Source: Candidatus Pacearchaeota archaeon | GTDB lineage: Archaea; Nanobdellota; Nanobdellia; Pacearchaeales; DTIR01 | Assembly: GCA_018303805.1 (NCBI GenBank) | Contig: JAGVXL010000001.1 | Coordinates: 110,208 to 174,207, forward strand | Direction: 5' to 3' | DNA: 64,000 nucleotides | In this document: positions 48,111 to 58,492 of the stretch, piece by piece | How the letters are laid out: the number at the start of each line of letters is the position of its first letter | How positions within the stretch are numbered: position 1 is the stretch's first letter | Notes under the pieces: generated by a model | Database searches by the model: none | Seen by the model: the letters and a program-made list of their open reading frames with translations, nothing else | What the model was told of the DNA's origin: nothing | Position numbers and translations under genes: made by a program

Positions 48111-48227
48111 TCTTTCCGCGAAAAGCCGTGCTTTTTTTGGGCATGGAAAATTCGTGTTTTCCTCACCGAAGTGAGCCTTGCCTGATTTTCTCTGTAGAGA
48201 AGCTCTGCTTTCCTCTGCTAAGAGAAA
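48111..48227 (-). repeat. Structured intergenic element homologous to the tRNA-Glu intron
   Basis: Colinear blocks CAGAGGAAA, GCTCRCTTCGGYGAGGA and GCTTTTCGCGGA shared with 9645-9741. Confidence 0.75.
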
Positions 48228-48247
48228 GTTTTTATTTATAAAAGTTT

Positions 48248-51200
48248 TTATTTACCCCTTTTCAGCATCCTCCTTTGTGCATAGTGATAGATTAAATATA
48301 AAATGAGAAAAACAAATAATCCAGCCAAGGCAGGCAAAACAAGATCCTGTAATTTTGATTTATTTTTTATCTCAACTGTTTTGCCTTTTGACGCAACTGC
48401 ATACTTGCATGCCTGTATTGCAGTTTCAGAAAGTTCAAGCGATTTTTTATAATTGTTATTTTCAAATTCTTTCTTTGCCTGGTTCAGCACCTCCTGAAGT
48501 TCCAGGCATTCTGGATTGCCAAGCAGCAGCTCCTGGAGAAATATTACTTTTTCCTGGGCCTTTATCTTCTCCTTCCAGCCAATATCTACAAGATTTAAGA
48601 AGAAGCTGGCAGAATCTGTATAAATCGGAGATTTTGATGTTCCAGCGAGTATTATCTCATACGTGCCTGTTGCATTTGCGTTTGTGATAACTGTCATCTC
48701 TATATTCTCTTTTTGTTTTGTTGTAAGCTTGTCAAAATGCGTCTTGCTCAATAATACAACAAGTCCCGGCGGCAGGGTTGCTATTGAAAGTGAAATGTCA
48801 TACAAGTCTATGGAGCCATTATTGAGCACAGAAATTGGGACTATTAACCTGTCTTTGGTGTACATAGTCATCGGCTCTGGCATAATTATTTTCAGGGCTA
48901 TGGGTGTTTTTCTTGTGCTTCCGCCGCCCCCCCCTCCGCCAGTCGTTGGCACGGGCGTTGTTGTTGGGGAATTGACAGTCAGATTCACAATAAATTTGTT
49001 TGATGTTGCATTGTAACTTGCATTTTGGAAGTCTGTTGCAGTTATGTTGAAACATTCGGCAATTGTTGAAGTTGTGTAAAAAGTTGCTGCTAATGTTGCG
49101 CTGTTCAAAGTTACAGTCATAGTTGAGCTGTTTTTTGCTGTGATGCAATCGCTGTTCATTATGCCAGAAGAAAGATTTATTGAATGGTTATATCTCGCAT
49201 CACTATGGTCTATATCCGAGAAGTAGCCGCCTGCTGCTACTTCTGTGCTGCTATAAACACACATGCCTGAAGCGCTGCTTAAATCGCAAGTTACAGTCAC
49301 AGAACTTGTGCCGCTTATGGTTATATTGCTGATAGTGCCTGTGAATTGGGGCGGTGCGTTTGTATGGTTCACTGAAACATTCCAGGAGATTATTGTCAAG
49401 TTATTCTGCGAATCATAAACCCATGCTGAAATGTTGCGTGCAGAAGTATTAGTTGTTTCATCTGTGAAGTTTACAGCGTAAGTATAGGAGTTGGTGCTGT
49501 CATTGGACACCGTGGCTCTGGTTGAGATATTCTCAACACCATCAATCTTCCATGTTATATTTAGTGTATCACTGTTAGGGGCGTTTGCATTCTCATCTGT
49601 TGCTCTTATTTGAAAAAGCTTGCTTGAGTTTTCTGCAGTATTCACATTAAAGTCTGGGGTAATCCTTTCAAGTGTTGGAGGAACCTCATATTCATAAACC
49701 ACAAGCCTGAAAAGCGTTGAGTTAGTCAAGTTGCCTGAACCGTTTATGCCTGTGTCATAAACAGTTATGTTTATCCACCATCCATTTGCCTTGACATAAG
49801 TCTGATTTACTGTAAAGTTAACCTTTCCGCTTGCATTGCTTACCTTAAACCACGTTTCATTCGAGACAAATGTAAAATTCGAGTTTGCCATGGAATCGTT
49901 GCCATCCTCAACATCTGAAACATTTATATTAACACATTCTATACAGGAAAAATTGTTAGAGGAGTTGAGAGTAGCATTCATTGGAGAGCCAGTATAATCA
50001 AACAAAGGTGCATGGTTTACACCTGAGACTGTAAGTGTAAACTCTTGCGAGTCCATCTCTCCTGTTGAATCATTTACTGTTATGTTAAGGGTATGAACTC
50101 CAACGTCTGTCTTGTTGGGTGTGAAGGAGATTGTGGCTGTTCGGTTGTCAACTCTTGTGAAGTTCAGCTTTATTGTCGCATTTGCCCTATTAAACCAAGA
50201 GGTTGTTGAATTTACACTCCACGCAAGATTTTCAGAATAGAAGTCAGCTGCCGAGGCGTTTATGCTTAAATCTTCGTCATTTGCGGTCATAGTCAGGGAA
50301 AAAGCAGAATCTTCAGGAGGAGTTTGGCTGCTGATGGTGTAAAGAACAGGCGTTTCATTCACGTTCTTGATTGTAAAAGTGAGGTTTTGGCTTGAATTTG
50401 TTGCGCCTCTTCCATCTGTAAGTGTTATTGTGACAGAATAACCCCCCACATTTGAATCATTTATCGTTGCATCATTCATTGGTATATAACCCAACGCGCT
50501 TATCGCAAACAAGGCAGTGTTGTCAGAAAAGGTTATAGTATCTTGTTCAGCATCGCTTGCATTATTGCTAAGGTTAAGGGCAAAAGAAGCGCCTGTTCCT
50601 TCGTTGATATCAAATGTTGTTTGTGTAAGATTCACCCAGAATGGCGCAGAGTTGTTATAGACGCTTAAATTGAATAGTCTTGAATGAACAGAGAAATTAT
50701 TTGCATCCCTGACTGTTATGTTGATGGTATAATTCCCTGCATCACCTGAAGCTGGCGTGAATCTTATATACGCAGAGGTTGTGTTGCCTGCAGTTGCATT
50801 CCTTATTATTCTGAATAAGGTCATGTTTGTTCCAGGATTGTTTCCCCCTCCAGACAGCCCTGTTATGTTTCTTTCAAAACTTAAGCTTTCATTGTAACAG
50901 CCCTGACTGCAGCCCTTTCCCTGTGCTGGAATCCTTAAGTCATCATCACTTGCATTAACCTCAAGATAGAACTGCGCCTGCATGTAGGATTCAAAGCTGC
51001 TGTTTATACTAGCAAGAGCAACAGAGTCATTGACATTTGAAACATTGAAGTTTATTACTGTAGAGTTCATTCCGCCAGATGTATCATTTACAGTTAGGTT
51101 GATATACCACACACCAACAGCAGAGTCATTTGCAGTGAAGTTTATTCCTGCTGTTGAGTTGCCGCTTATGTTAGAGGTAAATCTTGCCAATGAATTGTTG

Positions 51201-52522
51201 AATGTGAACCATGTCAGATTTGTTGAGAATGTAAGGTTATAATCTTCATCAGTGTCATTTGCAGTAATCCAGCACCCAAAATTACTGTCTTCTGTTGTAT
51301 TCCGCAGATTGCCGCAGACTGATGTGATTACAGGGATATCATTGCTGTTTATGACTGTAAAAATGACTGTCTGGATTCTTGAGGCATTTGGAGACGCTGC
51401 ATCACTAACATTGAACTCTATGGTGTAATTTCCGACATCGTTATTTGTCGGGGTGAAATTTATTGTTATTGCTGTATTATTCCGCCAGCCTGTCAGATTG
51501 AAAAGATTGCATCCTGTTGAATTCCTGCTGCTCCAGTTTGCAGTAGTGCAGTTCACAAAAGTTGCATTAAAACTGAATGGTGTATTATTCTCCTCATCCC
51601 TTGCCTGAAGAGTGAAATTAAATTCAACATTTTCAGTTGCATTCATTGTGCTGTTGAGGTTCAGGAATACTGGTGCGTCATTCACTGCTGTAATCGTGAA
51701 GTTCATCTCTGCATTGTCCTGGGGGGCAATGCTGTCGCTGCATGTAAAAAGTATTTTGTCAACGCCATCACCAACATCATTGTTTGTTGATATGTTCACT
51801 GTCAAATTTCCAGTTGCTGTATTGAAGCTGAAATTTGTTAGTGTTGTGTTGGCAGCCACATAATTATAAACAAGGCTTGCAATGTCATTAAAATCGTCAT
51901 CGCTGCAGTTAGCGCTGAAATTATAATAGAAAATTGTATCCTCTGTTATGCTTTGCACTGGCAGTTTGCTGCCTGCATCTTTCGGGAAGATTGATGGAGC
52001 AGTATTGCTTATTGCTGCTGTTTCTGATGCATTTACTATGCTGTATGTCGTGTCTGTGCAGTTTACTTCAAATGTTATATCCCCCCTATAATTAAAACTT
52101 CTATTATACTGATACTGCCCTGTAGAGCCGGAATAGCTCATATCCTTCCAAGCTGTGTACACGCCTGTTCTGTTTTCATCAAAGCGGATTGTGCAATTTC
52201 CAGAGGCAATCGCAGCCCCTGAACTCTTGTTTGTGAAGTTCGCGTAGAAATAGATATTATACGCGGCAAATTGCTTGTTTGGGCATTGATACCCCATTCC
52301 TGCATAAGTTTCAGCGCATATAGGAAAGGTGTATTGTGCTGTTGAGTCAGTTTCATCCCATATTGTCAGATTGGCAAGAGAGGAGTTCACCGAAGTATTT
52401 GCAGAGACTGTCAGGTTTGAAATGAGAAACAATGAGATAAACAGCAAAAGAGCAAGTGATAAAATAGCATATGAAGCCATTCTTTCCCTGAATAATTTCG
52501 TGATGTAACGCTGTATTTTCAT
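48248..52522 (-). CDS. Large Ig/cadherin-like repeat surface glycoprotein
   Basis: Repeated VNDAP/ATED-type modules, dense N-x-S/T sequons, poly-Gly linker, C-terminal TM. Confidence 0.85.
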   Translation of the reverse strand: MKIQRYITKLFRERMASYAILSLALLLFISLFLISNLTVSANTSVNSSLANLTIWDETDSTAQYTFPICAETYAGMGYQCPNKQFAAYNIYFYANFTNKSSGAAIASGNCTIRFDENRTGVYTAWKDMSYSGSTGQYQYNRSFNYRGDITFEVNCTDTTYSIVNASETAAISNTAPSIFPKDAGSKLPVQSITEDTIFYYNFSANCSDDDFNDIASLVYNYVAANTTLTNFSFNTATGNLTVNISTNNDVGDGVDKILFTCSDSIAPQDNAEMNFTITAVNDAPVFLNLNSTMNATENVEFNFTLQARDEENNTPFSFNATFVNCTTANWSSRNSTGCNLFNLTGWRNNTAITINFTPTNNDVGNYTIEFNVSDAASPNASRIQTVIFTVINSNDIPVITSVCGNLRNTTEDSNFGCWITANDTDEDYNLTFSTNLTWFTFNNSLARFTSNISGNSTAGINFTANDSAVGVWYINLTVNDTSGGMNSTVINFNVSNVNDSVALASINSSFESYMQAQFYLEVNASDDDLRIPAQGKGCSQGCYNESLSFERNITGLSGGGNNPGTNMTLFRIIRNATAGNTTSAYIRFTPASGDAGNYTINITVRDANNFSVHSRLFNLSVYNNSAPFWVNLTQTTFDINEGTGASFALNLSNNASDAEQDTITFSDNTALFAISALGYIPMNDATINDSNVGGYSVTITLTDGRGATNSSQNLTFTIKNVNETPVLYTISSQTPPEDSAFSLTMTANDEDLSINASAADFYSENLAWSVNSTTSWFNRANATIKLNFTRVDNRTATISFTPNKTDVGVHTLNITVNDSTGEMDSQEFTLTVSGVNHAPLFDYTGSPMNATLNSSNNFSCIECVNINVSDVEDGNDSMANSNFTFVSNETWFKVSNASGKVNFTVNQTYVKANGWWINITVYDTGINGSGNLTNSTLFRLVVYEYEVPPTLERITPDFNVNTAENSSKLFQIRATDENANAPNSDTLNITWKIDGVENISTRATVSNDSTNSYTYAVNFTDETTNTSARNISAWVYDSQNNLTIISWNVSVNHTNAPPQFTGTISNITISGTSSVTVTCDLSSASGMCVYSSTEVAAGGYFSDIDHSDARYNHSINLSSGIMNSDCITAKNSSTMTVTLNSATLAATFYTTSTIAECFNITATDFQNASYNATSNKFIVNLTVNSPTTTPVPTTGGGGGGGSTRKTPIALKIIMPEPMTMYTKDRLIVPISVLNNGSIDLYDISLSIATLPPGLVVLLSKTHFDKLTTKQKENIEMTVITNANATGTYEIILAGTSKSPIYTDSASFFLNLVDIGWKEKIKAQEKVIFLQELLLGNPECLELQEVLNQAKKEFENNNYKKSLELSETAIQACKYAVASKGKTVEIKNKSKLQDLVLPALAGLFVFLILYLIYHYAQRRMLKRGK

Positions 52523-52689
52523 TTTTTCTTAGCTATTTTTTTGTTGTTATTATGGTTCTTCCTCGGCCTGTCCCAGTAGGGAGACTTGCATTTTGGGCAT
52601 ACTTTCGGCTCATTCTCAAAATTCTGTCGCGGCAGCCATGCATGATTGCATCTCTCGCAAAGATACCCTAAAATCCTAGTTTTTCCCAT
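52519..52689 (-). CDS. Small zinc-finger protein (56 aa)
   Basis: Not in the ORF track: CERCNHAWLPR...CPKCKSPYWDRPR; stop overlaps the next ATG. Confidence 0.8.
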   Translation of the reverse strand: MGKTRILGYLCERCNHAWLPRQNFENEPKVCPKCKSPYWDRPRKNHNNNKKIAKKK

Positions 52690-52791
52690 TATACCCCTTT
52701 CTAATTCTTACCTATTGGTAATATACTAATTAAGTATAAACTTTAGTATATAAATTTTGCTATATTACTATTGGCTGGGAACTATGAGGCC

Positions 52792-55233
52792 CTACTTTAA
52801 TCTTCCTATATCTGAAAAGAGTTTAACTATCCTGTTGTAGTATCCCTTTTTATCTTTTGGCGGCAATGAATTATACATGTTTTTAGTCTGGTTGTAGTAG
52901 TGCCTTGCCAATGTTATGTCCTTTTCAGCTATTGCCTTCTGCGTTCTTGCAAGAAGATTATTCAAGTAAGCCCTCCTGCTTCTTGACTCTTTTTCTTTTT
53001 CTTTGGATTTAACAGCAATGAACTCTTTCCTTACGATTGCTGTCACTATAATCCCCAGAATTATTGTTATAATCCATGTAAACTGAAAAAAACCGCAGTC
53101 CCTTCTGCAGGAGAATATTTCAGGGGTCTCACATTTCTCGTCTCCACATCTTGGTGGCCTAGGATACTCCAGGGGGCATTGAGGGCATGGCCCGCCGCAG
53201 TCAACTGCTTCTTCCCCTTGGTTCCATATTTTATCTGAACATGTCTGGCAGGGCTTGCATGGCCCGCCGCAGTCAGGCAGCACCTCGCATAAACCATTAT
53301 GGCAGTTTAACATGCCATCATAACAGTCTGGCGTCTGCGAGAATGCGCAAGCAGTTATTTCTGACGGCTTTTTTGCTGCTGAACTGCATTTGCTTTTGTC
53401 ATAGCATGAACGTATCCAAAAACCGCAGTTCCCTTCAGGAATCCCTTTTTGGGAGCAATTTGACATTATCACATTATATAGAGTTCCGAGTATGTTTCTT
53501 GACTCTTCATTAGATATATTCTGGCATATGCTCCAGTCAGAGCACACCCACATCTCAGAACAGCCGCCACCTCCTCCTCCGCCGCCCCCCCCTCCGCCAG
53601 CTGTTGGCAAAGTTGCCGCTTGAAGCACAGTAACATTCCAATTGACGCTATCGTTCAACAATCCATCTGATGCATATGCGGTGATGTTATACTTTCCTGA
53701 ATCCCCGCGGGAAGGAGCGAAGGTATATGTGGAATTAACAATCACCTGTGTGCTGTTTTTATGCCAAGAAATTGAAGGCGTTGTGCCCTCGGGGTCGTCA
53801 GCTGTTACCAGGAAAGTTATGCTGTCTTCTTCATATATCTCCTGTGTTGTGTTGACGGGGGAATAAGAGGTTATATTTGGCGGGCTATTCACCATTGTTA
53901 CAGTGAACTGAACATTCTCGCAGTCATTCTTTGCGAAGGCAGTTTCGTTGCAGAATGAAATATTTGCTGGAGGGCTGCTTAAGCCGTTATCAGCCACACA
54001 TATCCTCACAGTATAAGTGCCGTTTATTGACGCATTTGCAGTGAAGTTTATATTGCCTGTTGTCTCATTTATGTCAAAGAATTTCGTGCCGCTTGTGAAA
54101 GTTGAATTAAATCTGAGCGTGCCTGGCGTATTGCCATCCTCTTCATCACTTGCAGATGCTGTGTAGTTGAAACTGCTGTTTATGTACACTGTTTGAGCCC
54201 CTATGTACTGCAGCACTGGCGCGTCATTTATCTTGATGATGTTAAGCGAAAAATCCTTGAAGTCTGTTGCCTCTTCATCAGAGACATAGATTCTTATCTT
54301 TGATGCGCCAACTTGCAGATAATTAGGAGTGAAAAATATCAAGCCAGTATTTTCATTTATCACAAAAATGGTTGTATTGTCATAATAGTGCAGAACCTCG
54401 TTCCTATATGCAGCTGGAACAAGCAAGTCACCATCACTTGCATTTGCAGTGTAATTAAATTCTGCATCCTCGCATGTCTGCAAGTCTGGAATTGCCTGCA
54501 GCAAGGGTGCATCATTCACATTAGAAACAGTAAAATTAAAAATACTTGAATTCTTGCCGTCTCTTACATCAGTAACAGTTATGTTCATTTTATGCAAACC
54601 AACATCTGAATCATTTGCAGTAAAGTTAATTAGTCCTCCCAAAGTCATATTGAAGGAAGGAAAGATTTGCGAAGTAGAATTATGTGTCATGTTAAATGTT
54701 CCATTGTCAGGCTCAACAACAAATGTGCTTAAGTTGGCTGTGAAAAGCGCATCTTCGGTAAGATTAAAATTCCTGGTGTAATTTGTCCAGTATGGAATGT
54801 TATTTGCTGCGAGAACTGAAAGTGTGAAGGCAGCAGAAACATTTGAGTTGTTGCCGCATACATCATGGGTCACCCAAATTTTGATTGTATGGTCTCCTTC
54901 CTCGGCATCAGTCAATGTAAAGTTAATCAAGCCAGTTAAATGGTTCATTGAGAAACTCGCAAGACTGCTTGGGGTTATGTTATAATAATAAATAGGGGTG
55001 CCTGAATCAGTTGCATTTACCTGATATGTAAAATTCTGCCCTGCTGTTGCACTCTGATTCTGAATTGACTCCAAGGTTGGAGGCCTGTCAATGCAAATGC
55101 TAACGCGAGCAGAAGCTGCTCTGCCTATCGTTATGTTCCCAGTAACTTTTAGCCAGAAAAAGAGGTGGCCCATTACAGAAAGAACTATGAATATCAAGAT
55201 AATCAGGGCGATTTTATTATTGTTAAATTCCAT
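52792..55233 (-). CDS. Ig/cadherin-like repeat surface protein with Cys-rich membrane-proximal domain
   Basis: VNDAP repeats, poly-Gly linker, WVCSDW, DCGGPC twice, TM. Confidence 0.85.
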   Translation of the reverse strand: MEFNNNKIALIILIFIVLSVMGHLFFWLKVTGNITIGRAASARVSICIDRPPTLESIQNQSATAGQNFTYQVNATDSGTPIYYYNITPSSLASFSMNHLTGLINFTLTDAEEGDHTIKIWVTHDVCGNNSNVSAAFTLSVLAANNIPYWTNYTRNFNLTEDALFTANLSTFVVEPDNGTFNMTHNSTSQIFPSFNMTLGGLINFTANDSDVGLHKMNITVTDVRDGKNSSIFNFTVSNVNDAPLLQAIPDLQTCEDAEFNYTANASDGDLLVPAAYRNEVLHYYDNTTIFVINENTGLIFFTPNYLQVGASKIRIYVSDEEATDFKDFSLNIIKINDAPVLQYIGAQTVYINSSFNYTASASDEEDGNTPGTLRFNSTFTSGTKFFDINETTGNINFTANASINGTYTVRICVADNGLSSPPANISFCNETAFAKNDCENVQFTVTMVNSPPNITSYSPVNTTQEIYEEDSITFLVTADDPEGTTPSISWHKNSTQVIVNSTYTFAPSRGDSGKYNITAYASDGLLNDSVNWNVTVLQAATLPTAGGGGGGGGGGGGCSEMWVCSDWSICQNISNEESRNILGTLYNVIMSNCSQKGIPEGNCGFWIRSCYDKSKCSSAAKKPSEITACAFSQTPDCYDGMLNCHNGLCEVLPDCGGPCKPCQTCSDKIWNQGEEAVDCGGPCPQCPLEYPRPPRCGDEKCETPEIFSCRRDCGFFQFTWIITIILGIIVTAIVRKEFIAVKSKEKEKESRSRRAYLNNLLARTQKAIAEKDITLARHYYNQTKNMYNSLPPKDKKGYYNRIVKLFSDIGRLK

Positions 55234-55354
55234 CTTTTTTGTGCTCTATCAATCTCCTCGATATACTCCTATCTCTTGTCCACAGAGATTTAAATATTTT
55301 CTTGTGAGAATCCTGTTTATGAAAAGTGTTAAAGTTGGTTATCATGAAACAATA

Positions 55355-55801
55355 TCAGGTTTTCTTGAATATTATGAATATCCTGCCGTTAAATTCGCCT
55401 TTTTTTACATTCTCTGGAACAAATACCTCAAATGTCAGTTTTTTGGTTTCATTTACTCCAAGAAGAAAATTGTTTTCATGATTTAGAAATCTTTTTATGT
55501 TTCCTATCACAATGATTTGTGCAAACAAATCCTTTTTGCCCTGATTTTCCATTGTCAAAAATCTTTTGGCTCCACTTCCTGAAAAAATCCTGCCGAAATT
55601 AATAATCCCCTGTTTTTCCTCTCCAAGAGCAATGCCAATTCTGTCGCCTACCTCGAGTTTTGCATAGAGCACTTTAACATAATCTATCTTGTATAGAAGA
55701 TATACAATCTCAGTTACAATAATTGAAAATAATATTGCAAGAATAAATAATGCAATTATTTTTCCTCTGGTATATTTCTTACTTCTTTTTAGTTTTTTCA
55801 T
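55355..55801 (-). CDS. Membrane-anchored single Ig-fold protein
   Basis: N-terminal TM; INFG...LTMEN...VPENV..GEFNG. Confidence 0.7.
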   Translation of the reverse strand: MKKLKRSKKYTRGKIIALFILAILFSIIVTEIVYLLYKIDYVKVLYAKLEVGDRIGIALGEEKQGIINFGRIFSGSGAKRFLTMENQGKKDLFAQIIVIGNIKRFLNHENNFLLGVNETKKLTFEVFVPENVKKGEFNGRIFIIFKKT

Positions 55802-56993
55802 ATTTATTGCCTTTAGGTTTTCTGAGTGATAGCATTACTATTATCGCTATCAGGATAACTATCCCTGTTGTTATAGAAACGTAAACCATAAGCCTCTTTA
55901 TCTCTTCTGGGTCAACAAGCATCTTAACTCTTATATCCTGCTCTGTGCTGTTCCCTGCGAAATACAAAATTAGTTTCCCATCATAGTACTGTGCTTTTTT
56001 GTCTGTTGTCTCCCAGTATGTTGAGAGTGCTGAAATTTCCCAAGGTTGCAGAGTTATCGAAGGTGTTCTTAATGTTTCGTTCTCTATTCTAACATCGGCG
56101 TAAACATTTTCAATCAGGCTGTTCCATCTGCTTTCAACATCAATGTTGAACCTATTTACCTTATTTCTCGTAAATTCTTTGGTATAATTGACAACTTTCA
56201 CAGCAAGAATGCCTATTTTGAATTTCGATGACATGTTTGCATCTTTGCTATCATAATATACTGTTGCGACTGCATTGTACTCGCCAGATTCAAAATTTCT
56301 GGTGTCGAGGCTTGCAGACAAGGTTAGAGCCTCATTAGAAGCTAATGGCTTTTCTTCAGTCTGAACTGTAGTGATTTTCTTGCTGAATCCCTTTTCGCTA
56401 GGCCCAAAAATGTCAATTACTGCCCTGACATTATTTATGCTCGCTTCAGTCCAGCTTTTCACAGAAATCTTTAAATTTAGGGTGTCTCCAACATCTATAT
56501 TTGGCACATCAAAACTTTCTATCTTAAGATATTTTTCTGAATAAAGAACCCTAACACCAATAATAGAGCACACCTTTGCTCTTACACTGATGCTGCCCCC
56601 TCCAGATGATGCTTCTGCCACACATATCCGTGTTTCATGTAAACCTGCAGAAGGTTTTTGTTCTGGGAATTGTAAAGTTGCACTAAAGCTCTTTGTCTGT
56701 CCTGGCCAGACATTTTTTATCAAGTTGTTGCTGAGAGTGAAATACTCTGGAAATGCCCCTTCAACTATCACCTCATAATCCATAACTGTCTGTGCGCTGG
56801 ACACCATGATATATGAAAATGTTTTTTTCAAGCCCTGAATGAAATCCAATTGGGTATTGAGCTCACCACTGTAACTGCCCAAACCGACTGCATAAGCCTC
56901 TTGAGAGAAGATAATCAGGGACATAACAAGAATTAATATTAAAATAGATTTATCTTTCATTTTTTCAGCCTCTCTTATCCTTAATACCCCCAA
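55779..56993 (-). CDS. Secreted multi-Ig-fold protein with C-terminal TM
   Basis: Signal peptide (AYA), beta-rich body, C-terminal anchor. Confidence 0.75.
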   Translation of the reverse strand: MGVLRIREAEKMKDKSILILILVMSLIIFSQEAYAVGLGSYSGELNTQLDFIQGLKKTFSYIMVSSAQTVMDYEVIVEGAFPEYFTLSNNLIKNVWPGQTKSFSATLQFPEQKPSAGLHETRICVAEASSGGGSISVRAKVCSIIGVRVLYSEKYLKIESFDVPNIDVGDTLNLKISVKSWTEASINNVRAVIDIFGPSEKGFSKKITTVQTEEKPLASNEALTLSASLDTRNFESGEYNAVATVYYDSKDANMSSKFKIGILAVKVVNYTKEFTRNKVNRFNIDVESRWNSLIENVYADVRIENETLRTPSITLQPWEISALSTYWETTDKKAQYYDGKLILYFAGNSTEQDIRVKMLVDPEEIKRLMVYVSITTGIVILIAIIVMLSLRKPKGNKYEKTKKK

Positions 56994-57169
56994 TAAGATG
57001 TAAATAAATAGTTTTCGGTTCTGTGCTGGTTCATGATATCTACAGCAGTATCATACCTTTTTTGGTTTTTATAGTTATTTATATCAAATCATATTAAGAA
57101 ATAATAATTACAAAAAACTCTGCTCAACTAAAGATTCTAAAATTATAACAAAAAAATAAAAAATAAAAT

Positions 57170-57841
57170 TTAAACTGCACCTGGGCTCTGCACTGCTGTG
57201 AATGTCAATTGTGCTGTCTTGTTTCCTGTAGCTACATCTCCAGGTATAAGCAATTCAATGGTTACATTCAGTGAATTTTCACTTGCCTGATATGAAAAAT
57301 TCTCGCAGACTTTGTACTTTGTTGATGCTGCGGCAAATGATGTAAGTGCAGCGATTGAACCCCCTGCGGAAGCACATGAGCCTGATTCATTGTTGTAAGG
57401 CGCAAACTTAATTGCGGGGTCTGGTATAGCTCCTGCACCGCCGCCAATCATTGTTGCAGCAGTTGAGCCTGACTCAACACTTATATTAAGATATACCGAG
57501 CCTGTGTTTTCTAATGATAAATCCTTTGCAGCCCACGTTGTGCCTGACACTGTCCATGCTGCTGGTGTGGAATTGCTGCTGTTCAATACAGCAAAATTCT
57601 GAGCCACAACATAACCAACCCCGAAATCAACTGCATTCGGCTGTGCGACAGTAAACTGCGCGAGACTTAAAACAGAAACATTTACCCTTCCCGTTGAGCC
57701 AAGCCCAGTTATCCCGCTTAATGCAGGAATTATATTGACAAGATTTGTAACCTGCGTTACTGTCAGGATTGCTCCGCCAATTGAGATTACTATAGCCACT
57801 ACAAGCAATGCTGCAAGTGTTCTATTTGAAATCTCAGTCAT
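57170..57841 (-). CDS. Putative surface filament/coat subunit
   Basis: EISNRTLAALLVVAIVIS helix, ITG motif, Ala/Ser/Thr-rich beta fold; strong AGGAGGT RBS. Confidence 0.7.
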   Translation of the reverse strand: MTEISNRTLAALLVVAIVISIGGAILTVTQVTNLVNIIPALSGITGLGSTGRVNVSVLSLAQFTVAQPNAVDFGVGYVVAQNFAVLNSSNSTPAAWTVSGTTWAAKDLSLENTGSVYLNISVESGSTAATMIGGGAGAIPDPAIKFAPYNNESGSCASAGGSIAALTSFAAASTKYKVCENFSYQASENSLNVTIELLIPGDVATGNKTAQLTFTAVQSPGAV

Positions 57842-57958
57842 TTTTTAACCTCCTTTCAATTTTTACCTAAATTTAATATTTATTATGATTTCCTCTTGCT
57901 TGCTATTTTAATCTTTTCAGCAAAAGTTTATCTCTTAATAAACTAAACTTGTCATTGC

Positions 57959-58213
57959 CTATGACTTTATGACTCCTATATTTACTATCGCCTTTCCAGT
58001 TAAAGGATTTATAGTAGGTTTTGATTCTGCTCCAGGCCCAGTTACCCCCACGCTAATTTTGGCATAACCTGCAGAAGGCATTGCTTCATACTCCTGCTTG
58101 ACAGAAGTTATCATATCCAAAACATACCATGTGCTTATGACAGAAAGCAAAATTGTCAGTACAAGCAAAACAAGTATCGTGGTCCTGGCAACATCCTGCT
58201 TTTTTGCTGGCAT
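57959..58213 (-). CDS. Small membrane protein
   Basis: DVARTTILVLLVLTILLS helix similar to the neighbouring gene. Confidence 0.65.
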   Translation of the reverse strand: MPAKKQDVARTTILVLLVLTILLSVISTWYVLDMITSVKQEYEAMPSAGYAKISVGVTGPGAESKPTINPLTGKAIVNIGVIKS

Positions 58214-58492
58214 TTTTAAATTCTAAACCTCTTTAGAGTATTAATTCTACAGTTACAGCAAGTTTATAAATATTTCTCCTTTCCAAAATTTCTGGAAAAT
58301 TGTGCTGTTTTCCTTATTTCTAACAGAAAGACACATTTATAAATTTTTCTGTTCGCCCCCCCCCATTTTCCGACGAGAAATAAAAATCATCTTGATTTTT
58401 CTGGGGATAAATCAAAGAAAATACCATAAAGAATGAAAAAAATAGTTAAAATAATTACTTTGCATTCAAAATTTCAGGAAAATACATAGAAT

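Noticed and set aside
58280-58380. ORB-like origin motifs (TTCCA..TGGAA, C9 run)
   Set aside because: Poor match, not repeated, no cdc6/orc1 nearby; explained equally well by promoter elements
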